Below are positions 27,951-37,835 of a DNA stretch of 64,000 nt, piece after piece. A program made the position numbers and the translations under genes. The DNA comes from Parcubacteria group bacterium 21-54-25. GTDB lineage: Bacteria; Patescibacteriota; Minisyncoccia; Phycocordibacterales; Phycocordibacteraceae. How positions within the stretch are numbered: position 1 is the stretch's first letter; the number at the start of each line of letters is the position of its first letter. Below the pieces are notes generated by a model that searched no databases, had not been told where the DNA came from, and saw nothing but the letters and a program-made list of their open reading frames with translations. The stretch is taken from positions 94-64,093 of the forward strand of contig NCBJ01000006.1 of the NCBI GenBank assembly GCA_002255585.1, read 5' to 3'.

Positions 27951-28179
27951 AATAAATCTGAAGAGCGAGTCTGCGGTGCTTCCTTTTACAAAAATGGCTT
28001 AACAAAGCCATTTATTTCATACTTCCATGACAACCAGTGCCGCGATTATACCGCTGCCACCACGGCGGTCAACAGGACATCTGGGCAGGGTGTTGAAAAC
28101 GGCATCCTGCTTCCCACCGATCAAAATAGGCCCTTATTAGCAAGGGTAATTCGTTCGCTTCGTTATTTCCGGTTATAGT

Positions 28180-30096
28180 GTGCACACGATGCGCTATCTC
28201 GAAGGGATGAACGACCGCCAACGCGAAGCGGTGCTGGCCACCGACGGACCGCTGTCGGTGCTGGCCGGTGCTGGATCGGGCAAGACGCGCGTACTCACTA
28301 CCCGCATATACCACCTAATCCGTACCGGCGTTCCCACTGAACACATTCTTGCCGTTACCTTCACCAACAAAGCCGCCCGCGAGATGCGGGAACGTCTGGC
28401 GGCGCAGCTTGGAGAAGGCGCGCCCCTACCGCTCATCGCAACCTTCCATGGGTTAGGGCGCGTGCTACTTGAAGAGTACGGGAGCGCGATAGGCACCCCG
28501 CGCTACTTTTCCATTTTTGATCGCGGCGACTCCGAACGCGTCGTGAAAAATGCGCTCAAGGAGATAGGGGTCGATCCAAAAGAAGTGCCGCCGCGCGCGA
28601 TACTCGCACGTATTTCTAAAGCGAAAGGGGAGGGGCTGACGGCGGAGGGCTTTCACGAACGACATGCGCACGAAGGATTTCGTGCCCGCTTGACGAACGA
28701 TGTTTGGACGCGCTACGACCGCACGCTCGCGCGCGAAAAGGCGTTCGACTTTGATGATCTCATCGCACTACCTGTCCGACTACTAGAGGAGCATGCGGAC
28801 GTGCGTGCAGCGGTTGAGGAGCGTTTTCACTACATCCACGTAGACGAATACCAGGACACGAACGAACTGCAGGGCCGTCTCGTGAACCTGCTTGCCGCAA
28901 AACATAGGAATATTTTTGTGGTTGGTGATATCGACCAGACGATTTATACATGGAGAGGCGCAACGATTGACAACTTGCTTTCTTTTGACCGTACCTATCC
29001 AGACGCAAAAACAATCATTCTCGAGCACAACTACCGATCTTCCGGCACCATCGTTTCCGTAGCAAATACAATCATCGCCCACAACAAGAATCGAAAGGAG
29101 AAACGTTCGGTCACCGACAATCCGCCCGGCGAACCAATTACGCTATACGCCGCAACCGGTGCGGAGCAGGAGGCATCGTGGGTTGCTAAAGAGGCAAAGA
29201 AAGCGATTGCGCAAGGAGCCGCGCTCGAAGATATTGCGATACTGTTTCGCACAAATTTCCAGTCGCGCGCACTTGAAGAAGCCCTCCTGCAGGAGGGCGT
29301 GCCCTATCGATTGCTTGGTACGCGGTTTTTTGAACGGAAAGAAGTGAAAGACGTGCTCGCTTGGATCCGCCTTGCGCTTCTCCCCTCACGCGAGGCCGAT
29401 CGTATGCGCGCGGTGCAAGCGCCGCCCCGCGGTATCGGCAAGGTAACGCTCGGCAAGCTCGTGGCGGGGGAGCGCAGAGCGCTTCGCGCAGGGGAGCGTG
29501 CGAAGGTCGAAGCATTTGAAGCGATTGTGGCCGCGCTTGCGGAAGCGGCTGAAAGCGCGACACCTTCTACTTTTGTCCGCCTTGTCATTGATAAGAGCGG
29601 GCTTGAACACGCGTTTGCCGGCGGCGGCGAGGACGACCACGAGCGTCTTGAGAACGTCCATGAACTTGCAACACTCGCCACCCGCTACGACGCCGTGGCG
29701 GGACACGAAGGCATTGCTGCATTTCTTGCTGATGCGGCGCTAGCAAGTGATCAGGACGAACTCGATAGAACCCCCGATGCACGTGGCGTCACCTTGATGA
29801 CCGTGCACGCGGCAAAAGGGCTTGAGTTTGATACGGTGTTTGTTACTGGAATGGAGGAGGGGTTGTTTCCGCACGAAGGCATGGGAGATGACGAGAATCG
29901 AGACGAGGAAGAAGAGCGTCGTTTATTTTATGTGGCAGTCACGCGTGCAAAACGTCAGTTGGTACTTACTTTTGCGCGCGTTCGACGCATCTATGGGGCG
30001 GACTATCTCCAGGAGCCCTCATCGTTTTTACATGACATAGACGCTGCGCATGTGCGCTATGCACAAACCGAAGAAGAGCCGACGGTGTATTTATAG
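28180..30096 (+). CDS. pcrA: ATP-dependent DNA helicase PcrA/UvrD family
   Basis: The Q-motif is LNDRQREAV. Walker A is AGAGSGKTRVLT and the DExQ box is HVDEYQDTN. The C-terminus has VTLMTVHAAKGLEFDTVFV. Confidence 0.9.
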   Translation: MHTMRYLEGMNDRQREAVLATDGPLSVLAGAGSGKTRVLTTRIYHLIRTGVPTEHILAVTFTNKAAREMRERLAAQLGEGAPLPLIATFHGLGRVLLEEYGSAIGTPRYFSIFDRGDSERVVKNALKEIGVDPKEVPPRAILARISKAKGEGLTAEGFHERHAHEGFRARLTNDVWTRYDRTLAREKAFDFDDLIALPVRLLEEHADVRAAVEERFHYIHVDEYQDTNELQGRLVNLLAAKHRNIFVVGDIDQTIYTWRGATIDNLLSFDRTYPDAKTIILEHNYRSSGTIVSVANTIIAHNKNRKEKRSVTDNPPGEPITLYAATGAEQEASWVAKEAKKAIAQGAALEDIAILFRTNFQSRALEEALLQEGVPYRLLGTRFFERKEVKDVLAWIRLALLPSREADRMRAVQAPPRGIGKVTLGKLVAGERRALRAGERAKVEAFEAIVAALAEAAESATPSTFVRLVIDKSGLEHAFAGGGEDDHERLENVHELATLATRYDAVAGHEGIAAFLADAALASDQDELDRTPDARGVTLMTVHAAKGLEFDTVFVTGMEEGLFPHEGMGDDENRDEEEERRLFYVAVTRAKRQLVLTFARVRRIYGADYLQEPSSFLHDIDAAHVRYAQTEEEPTVYL

Positions 30097-30138
30097 CGGC
30101 ATATCTTTCCGTGTTTAGATGCGTTACTGTGTCAGCGT

Positions 30139-30933
30139 ATGCGCGCAAAAAAATCGCTCGGGCAACATTTTCTCATGCATCGGCAAACTGCCGAGCGCAT
30201 CGCGGCGGCGGCGGGGATTACGAAATCCGATACGGTGCTCGAGATCGGTCCGGGTACCGGCATGCTCACAAAATCGCTTCTTGCACGCGCCAAGCAAGTG
30301 ATTGCTATCGAGGCAGATACAGAACTTGCTGGTGCGCTGCGGGAATTATTTTCAAAAGAATTGGCGTCTGGCGCGCTTGTTCTCCTCGCGCAAGACGTGC
30401 GCGCGTTTGATTCGGCTACAATCAACACCCCCTACCTGCTCGTTGCGAACATTCCGTACTATCTCACCGGAATGATTGTGCGTACGTTTCTTGAATCTGC
30501 CCATCGGCCGACGTCCATGACACTCTTGGTACAAAAAGAAGTAGCTGAACGTGTCGCGCGCTCAAAAAAGGAGAGCCTGCTTTCGCTTGCGGTAAAAGCG
30601 TACGGCACACCGCAGTACGTTTTTACCGTGCCGCGCGGGGCGTTCACCCCAGCGCCCGCGGTGGACTCGGCCGTGCTTTCTATTACACACATACAAAACC
30701 CTTTTAAAAACGAGGAGGAGGGGCGGCGATTTTTCTCACTCATCCACGCGGGGTTTGCGCACAAACGCAAGCGTTTAGCAAAAAATCTAGAGATGGTTCT
30801 AGAAAAGGGCTTTGTTTTGAGAGCCCTTTCCGATGCGCGCATCCCAAAGGATGCGCGGGCTGAGGACGTTGCGCTTGTGGCGTGGCTGCGCCTTGCCGCC
30901 ATTTCTTCTGGTGCACATGTCAGTGAGGTGTAA
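30139..30933 (+). CDS. rsmA: 16S rRNA (adenine1518/1519-N6)-dimethyltransferase
   Basis: SLGQHFL is present, with the SAM-binding LEIGPGTGMLT and the catalytic NIPY motif. Confidence 0.9.
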   Translation: MRAKKSLGQHFLMHRQTAERIAAAAGITKSDTVLEIGPGTGMLTKSLLARAKQVIAIEADTELAGALRELFSKELASGALVLLAQDVRAFDSATINTPYLLVANIPYYLTGMIVRTFLESAHRPTSMTLLVQKEVAERVARSKKESLLSLAVKAYGTPQYVFTVPRGAFTPAPAVDSAVLSITHIQNPFKNEEEGRRFFSLIHAGFAHKRKRLAKNLEMVLEKGFVLRALSDARIPKDARAEDVALVAWLRLAAISSGAHVSEV

Positions 30934-30998
30934 TACACAGACACGGGCACGTTACTTGCCCCGATAGAGACACAGACTGCTATACTATATGACGTACC

Positions 30999-32054
30999 GT
31001 GGCTTGGATGAAACGACAATGGGGCATTATTTCTGCAAGCATGCTTGCCGCACTGCTTATTGGCGGCGCATACCTGCTTGCCGCCGGTGCGTTTGCGCCA
31101 CGGCAGGCGGGTGCCACCGATACCACAGCGCTTTTGCAGGCGGTCGCCACGCGCGATAGCAATGGCGACGGGCTCCCAGATTGGGAGAAGGTGCTGTACG
31201 GCATCCCAATTAACGCCACCACCACCGACTATTTCCACCTCGGCATGACCGATGGCGAAGCGGTTGCGCGGGGACTCATTGTGCCAAAAGCCGTGGTCAA
31301 TATTCCTACGCCACCAGCAGCGACTTCTTCCGAAACACTCGCAGCCCTCGGACTACCATCCCCTTCACCGTCGGGAACGCTCACCAGCGCATTTGCAAAA
31401 AATTTCTTCCTGCTCTACCTAACCGCAAAACAAGCAAACGGCGGGGCGGCGCTTTCCCAAACCCAAGAAGAAGCCGTCGCGCAGCAGGCGCTCACACAGC
31501 TCTCTCAAGCAGTGTCTGCGGTGCCTAACTTTAAGTCAGCACAGGATCTCACCGTTTCCGGCTCTGGTCCTAGCGCGCTAAAAACGTTTGCAAACGCGGT
31601 GGGCACTATTTTCTTGAAGAATACCTCGACCGCGACAACGAGCGAATTGACATATCTTAAGGAAGCACTGAATAGCAGCGGTGATGATACATATGCGCTC
31701 ACACAAATCGCCTCTATTTCAAAAACATATCAAGACGTAGCGGCTGGTCTTGCGGCGCTCCCGGTGCCCCAAGAGCTTGCGAGCGCAGATCTCGCTTTGA
31801 TAAACGCGACCGAGCGCATTGGTGAAATTACGAGTGATTTCACCAACGTGGACACCGACCCGCTCACCACAATGATCGCCCTGCAACAGTACCCGCAAGC
31901 GGTGCTGGACTTTAGCCATGCACTGCTTAGTATCCATACCACCTATGTTGATGCGGGCATAACGTTCCCAGCGAACTCTCCTGCTGCTAGTTTTGTGAAC
32001 CTTGTGTCGAACGCCACCACCACACCCCAACAGACGCAGTCCACCACGCCATGA
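30999..32054 (+). CDS. Hypothetical membrane-anchored or secreted protein (first gene of the T4SS-like operon)
   Basis: 351 aa. There is an N-terminal hydrophobic helix and a DSNGDGLPDWEK Ca-binding-like motif. Its stop overlaps the next start (ATGA). Confidence 0.5.
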   Translation: MAWMKRQWGIISASMLAALLIGGAYLLAAGAFAPRQAGATDTTALLQAVATRDSNGDGLPDWEKVLYGIPINATTTDYFHLGMTDGEAVARGLIVPKAVVNIPTPPAATSSETLAALGLPSPSPSGTLTSAFAKNFFLLYLTAKQANGGAALSQTQEEAVAQQALTQLSQAVSAVPNFKSAQDLTVSGSGPSALKTFANAVGTIFLKNTSTATTSELTYLKEALNSSGDDTYALTQIASISKTYQDVAAGLAALPVPQELASADLALINATERIGEITSDFTNVDTDPLTTMIALQQYPQAVLDFSHALLSIHTTYVDAGITFPANSPAASFVNLVSNATTTPQQTQSTTP

Positions 32055-33709
32055 GAGCAGCGAGCTCTAAAAAAATACTTGCGCTACTTCTCATCGTGGC
32101 TTTTACCGCACCCGCGTCACTTCTTGTAGCCCCGCAACGGGCGCACGCATTCCTCGGATTTGGAGACACGATAGTTAAGATTGGCGATTACGCCAAAACG
32201 ACCTTTTTAAGTATCGCTAAAGAAACAATATCTGCTGTTGCAAACGTCTCCTCCTCAGCGGCAACGGTCGCGCTTGAAGTAGACAAGTACGTCCTTCAAC
32301 CGCTCGCTTTTGAGCTTTCGGGAAAAATACTGAAATCGATGACGTCGGACGTCATTGGTTTTATAAATGGAAAAACAAATGGCACCGGGCAACCGCAGTA
32401 TGTACAAAATCTGCGCGGATATGAGCAAACCGTTAATGATGGCCAGGTGCGTCCTTTTATCTCTGAGTTTCAGAGCTCCTCAAACTCCCAGTTTGCGCCG
32501 CAAATTGCGGCGTCGCTATACCAAGACTATACCCAAAACTCGAGTCTCGCCGGCTTTTTCGCACAAAACCAAGATACGCTTGGCAACGCATCTCCCAACC
32601 CACAGGCATTTGTTTCCGGCAGTTTCCGCGGCAACGGTGGGTGGAACGCATGGTTTTCGCTCACCACAGAGTGCCAGAACGATCCGTACTGCCTCCAGTA
32701 TCGCGCACAAAACGAGCTCGCAAGCCTTACTCAAAACGCTACGCAAGCCGGCCTTGCGGCACTCAACTGGGGAAATGGGTTCTTGTCGTGGTGTGGAGGA
32801 AGCGCTCCGTCGTCTTCGTCATCGAAAGGGGGCTCTGCGCCTACGGTCGGCACCGCGCCCGGAGACGCGTGCACAAAAGCAGACGGCTCGCCCGGAACTA
32901 TTTTGACTCCCGGTTCAGTTATTAAAGACCAGCTTCAGAACGTAGAAAACGCAAATATTATCAAAGTGACTCAGCTCGGTTCTCTTGGCGGAGAGGTGAC
33001 CCGTATACTTGGCAACATCGGAACCGTGATGCAAACGGTAAACCTGGCTTCGAATATTCTTGGTGGTAGCGGAAACTCGGGAGGATTTTCTGGCATTGGC
33101 CAGCCGTCCGGTAGCGGGGGTGGCTCAGCGCTTAGTCAATACGCAAACGCGCCGGGGTACCTGGGGGTAACCAGTGCGGGCGTCGCCCAGAGTGCGGGCG
33201 CCTCTTTCGCCGCTTCACTGCAACAGATAACCGCGAACGTAAACCAGTACGAGTCGGACTGGAATACGATAGCAAACTCGGCGACTTCGGCCTCGTCGGC
33301 GCTACACAAAATCATATCGTCATGCACCAGCACGAGCACACGGGACACGGCGAGTACCGCGCTCCAGGTCGAGGTAGCGCCCGTGCTTTCAAACGCGGCA
33401 ACAGCGTTCTCAGACATTTCTACAACACGCGTGCTCATCCAAAAAGTGCAGGCGGACGTAAATGGGACCGGAAATGGCGCAACATACCCAGAAGACCTTC
33501 AGGCGCTACAGACAGCGCCTCCAACCGCGCAAGACCTTGCGCAGGCGACACAAGATTCGATAGTACAAAACGCCGCAACGTCCTCACCGAGCAGTCCGTT
33601 GACCGTGTCTGGCGGATCTTTGGCAGACCAAATGAACCGTATTGCCCAAAACGCCAGCACTATACTTTCTTCCTGTGTGGTGGCCACCGCTACTACCACG
33701 AAACCCTAG
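32051..33709 (+). CDS. Hypothetical secreted protein, Ser/Gly/Ala/Thr-rich
   Basis: 552 aa. It has a signal peptide (LALLLIVAFTAPASLLVAPQRAHA) and a low-complexity C-terminal half. Confidence 0.5.
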   Translation: MRAASSKKILALLLIVAFTAPASLLVAPQRAHAFLGFGDTIVKIGDYAKTTFLSIAKETISAVANVSSSAATVALEVDKYVLQPLAFELSGKILKSMTSDVIGFINGKTNGTGQPQYVQNLRGYEQTVNDGQVRPFISEFQSSSNSQFAPQIAASLYQDYTQNSSLAGFFAQNQDTLGNASPNPQAFVSGSFRGNGGWNAWFSLTTECQNDPYCLQYRAQNELASLTQNATQAGLAALNWGNGFLSWCGGSAPSSSSSKGGSAPTVGTAPGDACTKADGSPGTILTPGSVIKDQLQNVENANIIKVTQLGSLGGEVTRILGNIGTVMQTVNLASNILGGSGNSGGFSGIGQPSGSGGGSALSQYANAPGYLGVTSAGVAQSAGASFAASLQQITANVNQYESDWNTIANSATSASSALHKIISSCTSTSTRDTASTALQVEVAPVLSNAATAFSDISTTRVLIQKVQADVNGTGNGATYPEDLQALQTAPPTAQDLAQATQDSIVQNAATSSPSSPLTVSGGSLADQMNRIAQNASTILSSCVVATATTTKP

Positions 33710-33715
33710 AAATAT

Positions 33716-36058
33716 ATGCGCCGCACCCTTACCATCGGATTTTTTTCACTCGCGCTTCTTGGGGTAGGCACCGGCATCGCTTTGGTTGCCGGGCCTGTGT
33801 CGAGTGTGCATGCGAAAATATTGAAGGGCGCAGGGAACAGCAGCACAGCAAGCTCTCTGTCGTCAGCAACAAACGTAAATCTCGGCACAGGAGCCGTCAA
33901 CACCCAGGGATTTAATGGAACCGGCCCAACTATTTCAAAAGGAAATGCCGCCACTTCGACCGGACAACCCGCGTCGCAACAAACACCCCCCGGTGCAAAT
34001 AATCCAACAACAAAAAGTACCGGCCCAGGAGACGTTCTTGGCCCGATACTTAATTACATTCTAGAAATGTTTGCTTGGTTTGTGGGCGCGACGGGCGTGC
34101 TTATGGGCGGGGCAATTTACTACACCGTCACCAATGCTGGTAACTCCATAAACTCGCTTGGTCCTATCCAGACTGCGTGGGAAGTCTTTCGCGATCTGGG
34201 CAACATCATTTTGGTATTCGGATTTATTGCTATCGGTATCGCAACCATTCTTGACAACGCCTCCTACGGCGCAAAAAAGGCGCTCCCGAAACTGCTTATT
34301 GTTGCGCTCATGCTGAACTTCTCTCTTTTTGCCGCGGAATTTATTGTGGATACCGGCAATATGTTTGCAACACAGTTTTACACCCAAATAAATGGAGGCC
34401 CGCTCCCTACGACAAACGCGAGTTTCCTGAGCCAGGTTAGCAACGAACCGATTTCAAACATACTCATGGATCGGCTGCAGCTCACTACAATCTATAATAT
34501 TAATAATCCGGGTAGCGGTGCGGCGTCTGCGGCAACCAAAAACCCACAGCAACACTGGTTTATCACCTTCATGCTCGGCATTGTGCTGTTTATTGTCACC
34601 GCGTTTGTGCTCGGCACTATCGCGCTCATGCTCATCACGCGTTTCGTCATACTCGTATTCCTTCTTATCGTGTCTCCATTCGGCTTCATTGGCCTGGCCG
34701 GCATTCCGCTCATCAGCACGTACAGCAAAAAGTGGTGGTCGGAACTCACAGACCAGGTGCTTCTTGCGCCCGTGCTCATGTTGCTGCTGTTGGTCGCGCT
34801 CAAACTCGTGCAGTCAGCCACCTTTCTTCAAGGCGCCTCGGCTACGTACGCGAGCGCAACAAGCGGTAACAATCTGCAAGCCATTACCACCCTCCTTGTT
34901 GGATTTACCATCATCATTGGTCTCATGATTGCCGCGCTTATCATTGCGAAGAGCCTCTCGGGGAAAGCCGCCGCGTTCGCCACAAAAACCCAGGGCCGAA
35001 TGATATTTGGCGGCCTCGGCATCGCGGGCCGAACCTCGCTTGGGCTGGGTTTCCACTACGCTTCGGAGAAATTCGGTGGCAGACTCGCGCGCGTTCCTGT
35101 GCTCGGACGCAGTATCGCATCGGGTCTTAAGCGCGGGGCCTCCGCCAGCTACGACGTGCGGGGTAGCAAATTCGTTGGTGCTGGGCTGAAAAATATTGGC
35201 ATTGATGCCGGCAGAGCCGGTGGCAAGGGCGGCTATAAAAAACATTTTGAAGACAGGGTAAAAGGTCGTGAGGAATACGCCGATAGTCTGAAGAAGCTTT
35301 CCTTAGAGGAGCGCCAGAAGCTCGCCGCGGCAAAAGGTGTCGCACAGGCAGCAGAAACAAAACTTAAAGACGTTAGGCCGACTCAGGCAGAAGACGAGGC
35401 GTTTATGCGAAACGAGCACACGAAAGCGCTTGAGGAACACGGTGTGCGCATTGATGCGGCGCGGACAAATGTTACCGGTATGAAAGCTGCGCATGCGAAA
35501 GCGCTTGAAGAGCACGATGCGCGTATTAGTGCAGCACGCACAATTACCGAAAACCTTCGAGCGGTGCGCTCTGATCCAACCCAAGCATTGGTCGGTGAGG
35601 CAGGGAGAATACAAGAGGAAAACGCCCAGAAAGCAGAAGAGGCGCTGGGGCGAGAAGAGGCTCTAAGGAACGAAAAAGAGCGGGTGCAAAAAGAAGATCT
35701 GCGTCAGGCAGAAGCGGGTCTGCAGCAAGAAGAGGACGCGCGACGTGAGAAAGAACGTGAACAGAAAAAAGAAATGGAGGAGCTCCGCAGCGCGCACGCT
35801 GCAGAACGTACGCTGCGGGAAAACGAACTGCAGACCGCAAAGGCGGCCTCAAGCACCATTACTGCCACCGCAAACGCACGCGCCACAAAATACGCAGAAA
35901 ACATCAATTGGGGGCCCGGGCGCTTATTCAAAGCAAATAGACTCGCTCGACAAAACATAGGCGATACTATCAACAAGTCGTCAACTCAGGCGCAGGTTGA
36001 CGCTCTTATGAAAACAATTAAAGATAACCAGAAGAAAGAAGACGCGGAGGAAGCCTAG
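33716..36058 (+). CDS. VirB6/TrbL-like polytopic membrane protein with a long C-terminal charged coiled-coil tail
   Basis: 780 aa. There is a signal or anchor helix followed by at least 6 TM helices in the 110-480 region. The ~250-aa C-terminus is E/K/R/A-rich with tandem repeats KALEEH(G/D)xRI(D/S)AART. Confidence 0.5.
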   Translation: MRRTLTIGFFSLALLGVGTGIALVAGPVSSVHAKILKGAGNSSTASSLSSATNVNLGTGAVNTQGFNGTGPTISKGNAATSTGQPASQQTPPGANNPTTKSTGPGDVLGPILNYILEMFAWFVGATGVLMGGAIYYTVTNAGNSINSLGPIQTAWEVFRDLGNIILVFGFIAIGIATILDNASYGAKKALPKLLIVALMLNFSLFAAEFIVDTGNMFATQFYTQINGGPLPTTNASFLSQVSNEPISNILMDRLQLTTIYNINNPGSGAASAATKNPQQHWFITFMLGIVLFIVTAFVLGTIALMLITRFVILVFLLIVSPFGFIGLAGIPLISTYSKKWWSELTDQVLLAPVLMLLLLVALKLVQSATFLQGASATYASATSGNNLQAITTLLVGFTIIIGLMIAALIIAKSLSGKAAAFATKTQGRMIFGGLGIAGRTSLGLGFHYASEKFGGRLARVPVLGRSIASGLKRGASASYDVRGSKFVGAGLKNIGIDAGRAGGKGGYKKHFEDRVKGREEYADSLKKLSLEERQKLAAAKGVAQAAETKLKDVRPTQAEDEAFMRNEHTKALEEHGVRIDAARTNVTGMKAAHAKALEEHDARISAARTITENLRAVRSDPTQALVGEAGRIQEENAQKAEEALGREEALRNEKERVQKEDLRQAEAGLQQEEDARREKEREQKKEMEELRSAHAAERTLRENELQTAKAASSTITATANARATKYAENINWGPGRLFKANRLARQNIGDTINKSSTQAQVDALMKTIKDNQKKEDAEEA

Positions 36059-36122
36059 TACGTACTACAATAATACAATTACCAAACGCAAACAGATTAC
36101 TCATATTTTTCATCCTTAATCT

Positions 36123-36686
36123 ATGGACACCCCCTCGCAAATACCGCTCGATGATAGTGTTCGCGCAGTAATGGGTGAGCTGCCACAGCCCCTGCAACAA
36201 TTCCTAGCGAGCGGAAAAGTAGAGGCAGTGACCAAGCTGCTGGTAGAAAAATATCGACTTCACCTCGACCAAGGAACCATGCTTGAGCGCGCGCTCATTC
36301 TCATGCTTCTTGGTGTGGAGAGCCCGGAAGAGTTTTCCACGGGTCTAGAAAAAGATCTGGGGCTTTCTGAAGGCACGGTCCGCGCACTTGTTGCTGATGT
36401 AAACGAACAGGTTTTTGTGCCAATTCGAAAACAACTGGAGAAAGAGGGCGCAGGCACACCAGACGCGCCGCAGCCAGGGACACTGCCAGGACAGGAGCAG
36501 AAAACCCCAATGGGAGTTGCTGAGGCGGCAATAATGGGCACCGCAAGCGCGGTAGCGGATCCACCTCCAACAGCGCACACGCCACCACGTGCAGAGCCGC
36601 CACCCCCCATTCCGCTCCGTCCAAAAAATGCGCCGCCCCTGGTCAAGGAGTACGCGGTCGACCCGTACCGAGAATCCGTTGAGTAG
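36123..36686 (+). CDS. Hypothetical protein with a Pro-rich C-terminus
   Basis: 187 aa. No TM helix and no recognisable domain. It is part of the operon. Confidence 0.45.
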   Translation: MDTPSQIPLDDSVRAVMGELPQPLQQFLASGKVEAVTKLLVEKYRLHLDQGTMLERALILMLLGVESPEEFSTGLEKDLGLSEGTVRALVADVNEQVFVPIRKQLEKEGAGTPDAPQPGTLPGQEQKTPMGVAEAAIMGTASAVADPPPTAHTPPRAEPPPPIPLRPKNAPPLVKEYAVDPYRESVE

Positions 36687-36758
36687 GACGTGGCGATGCG
36701 TTCGTAACGGTGGAGAACCTGCGTTTTTTATTCAGTATTCCGGTATACTATCTAGTAC

Positions 36759-37178
36759 ATGGAGTACCCGGTACCGCAGTTCATTGAGATAGAGAGCAAG
36801 ATCATAGGGCCGCTCACGCTCAAGCAGTTCATTTATATTGCTGGTGGTGGTGGGCTTTGTATTATTCTTTTTCATTTCTTGCCTTTTTTTCTTGCGGTCT
36901 TGGCGTGTCTTCCGGTCGCGGGCTTTGCGGGCGCGTTGGCGTTTTATAAAATAAATAACAAGCCGTTCATTGCTACTGTGGAGGCCGCGTTTAGGTTCTA
37001 CACTTCTTCACGCTTGTTCTTGTGGCATAAAGAGCACACGAAGGAAAGTGCAGTGCAAGCCGCGCCCGCGGCGGCGCCGGCGGCGCACGCAGCCAGCCGC
37101 CTTACGCGCGGCAAGCTGCATGAACTTGCGTGGTCGCTTGATATACAGAATCACCCCCGAGAGCGCTCCTCCTTATAG
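36759..37178 (+). CDS. PrgI-family (VirB3-like) small membrane protein
   Basis: The N-terminus (MEYPVPQFIEIESKIIGPLTLKQFIYIAGGGGLCIIL, then a second helix) matches the PrgI-family pattern. It lies immediately upstream of the VirB4 ATPase, as in Gram-positive T4SS. Confidence 0.55.
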   Translation: MEYPVPQFIEIESKIIGPLTLKQFIYIAGGGGLCIILFHFLPFFLAVLACLPVAGFAGALAFYKINNKPFIATVEAAFRFYTSSRLFLWHKEHTKESAVQAAPAAAPAAHAASRLTRGKLHELAWSLDIQNHPRERSSL

Positions 37179-37181
37179 AGT

Positions 37182-37829
37182 ATGACTAAACCACGCGCTA
37201 CCGCGGCACAAACATTCGTTCCAGTGAAAGAAATACGTAACGGTGTCATCATACTCAAAGACGGCGGGTATCGCGGCGTACTTATTTGTTCTTCGGTAAA
37301 CTTTGGTTTGAAGTCCGCGGGCGAACAGGCGGCTATCATAAGCGGCTTCCAAACTTTTTTAAACACGCTTGATTTTCCAGTGGAGATTGTTGTGCAGTCG
37401 CGTAAAATGGATATCCGTCCGTATCTCAGTCTTCTCGCGGAAAAAGAAAAGGACCAGCAGACGGAGCTGTTGCGTATTCAATTGCGCGAATACATGGCGT
37501 TTGTTCGTTCGTTTACGGAAAATTCAAATATCATGACTAAATCGTTTTATGTTTTGGTACCCTACGCTCCGGAGGGTGCTGCGGCTGCAAAAAAAGCTCT
37601 GGGTGGACTTATCCACATGGGCGGGAGCACCGCTGGAAACGCCCGCGCGCAGACAAAATCATTTGAGGAGTCCCATGCGCAACTCGAGCAGCGTATGGCG
37701 CTCGTTGCTTCCAGCCTTTCAGCCACCGGCGTGCGCGCCGTACCGCTTGGCACAGAAGAAATCATCGAGCTGCTCTACCGATCGTTTAATCCTGGTGAAC
37801 TTGAAAACCCTATTCGCCTTGAGCAATAA
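37182..37829 (+). CDS. VirB4/PrgJ-family ATPase, N-terminal domain fragment (ends at an in-frame TAA)
   Basis: 215 aa. The VirB4 N-domain pattern is present (VPVKEIRNGVIILKDGGYRGVLICSSVNFGLKSAGEQAAIISGFQTFLN). It is in the same reading frame as the next ORF. Only one TAA (37827-37829) plus two codons separate them. Confidence 0.6.
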   Translation: MTKPRATAAQTFVPVKEIRNGVIILKDGGYRGVLICSSVNFGLKSAGEQAAIISGFQTFLNTLDFPVEIVVQSRKMDIRPYLSLLAEKEKDQQTELLRIQLREYMAFVRSFTENSNIMTKSFYVLVPYAPEGAAAAKKALGGLIHMGGSTAGNARAQTKSFEESHAQLEQRMALVASSLSATGVRAVPLGTEEIIELLYRSFNPGELENPIRLEQ

Positions 37830-37835
37830 ATCATT

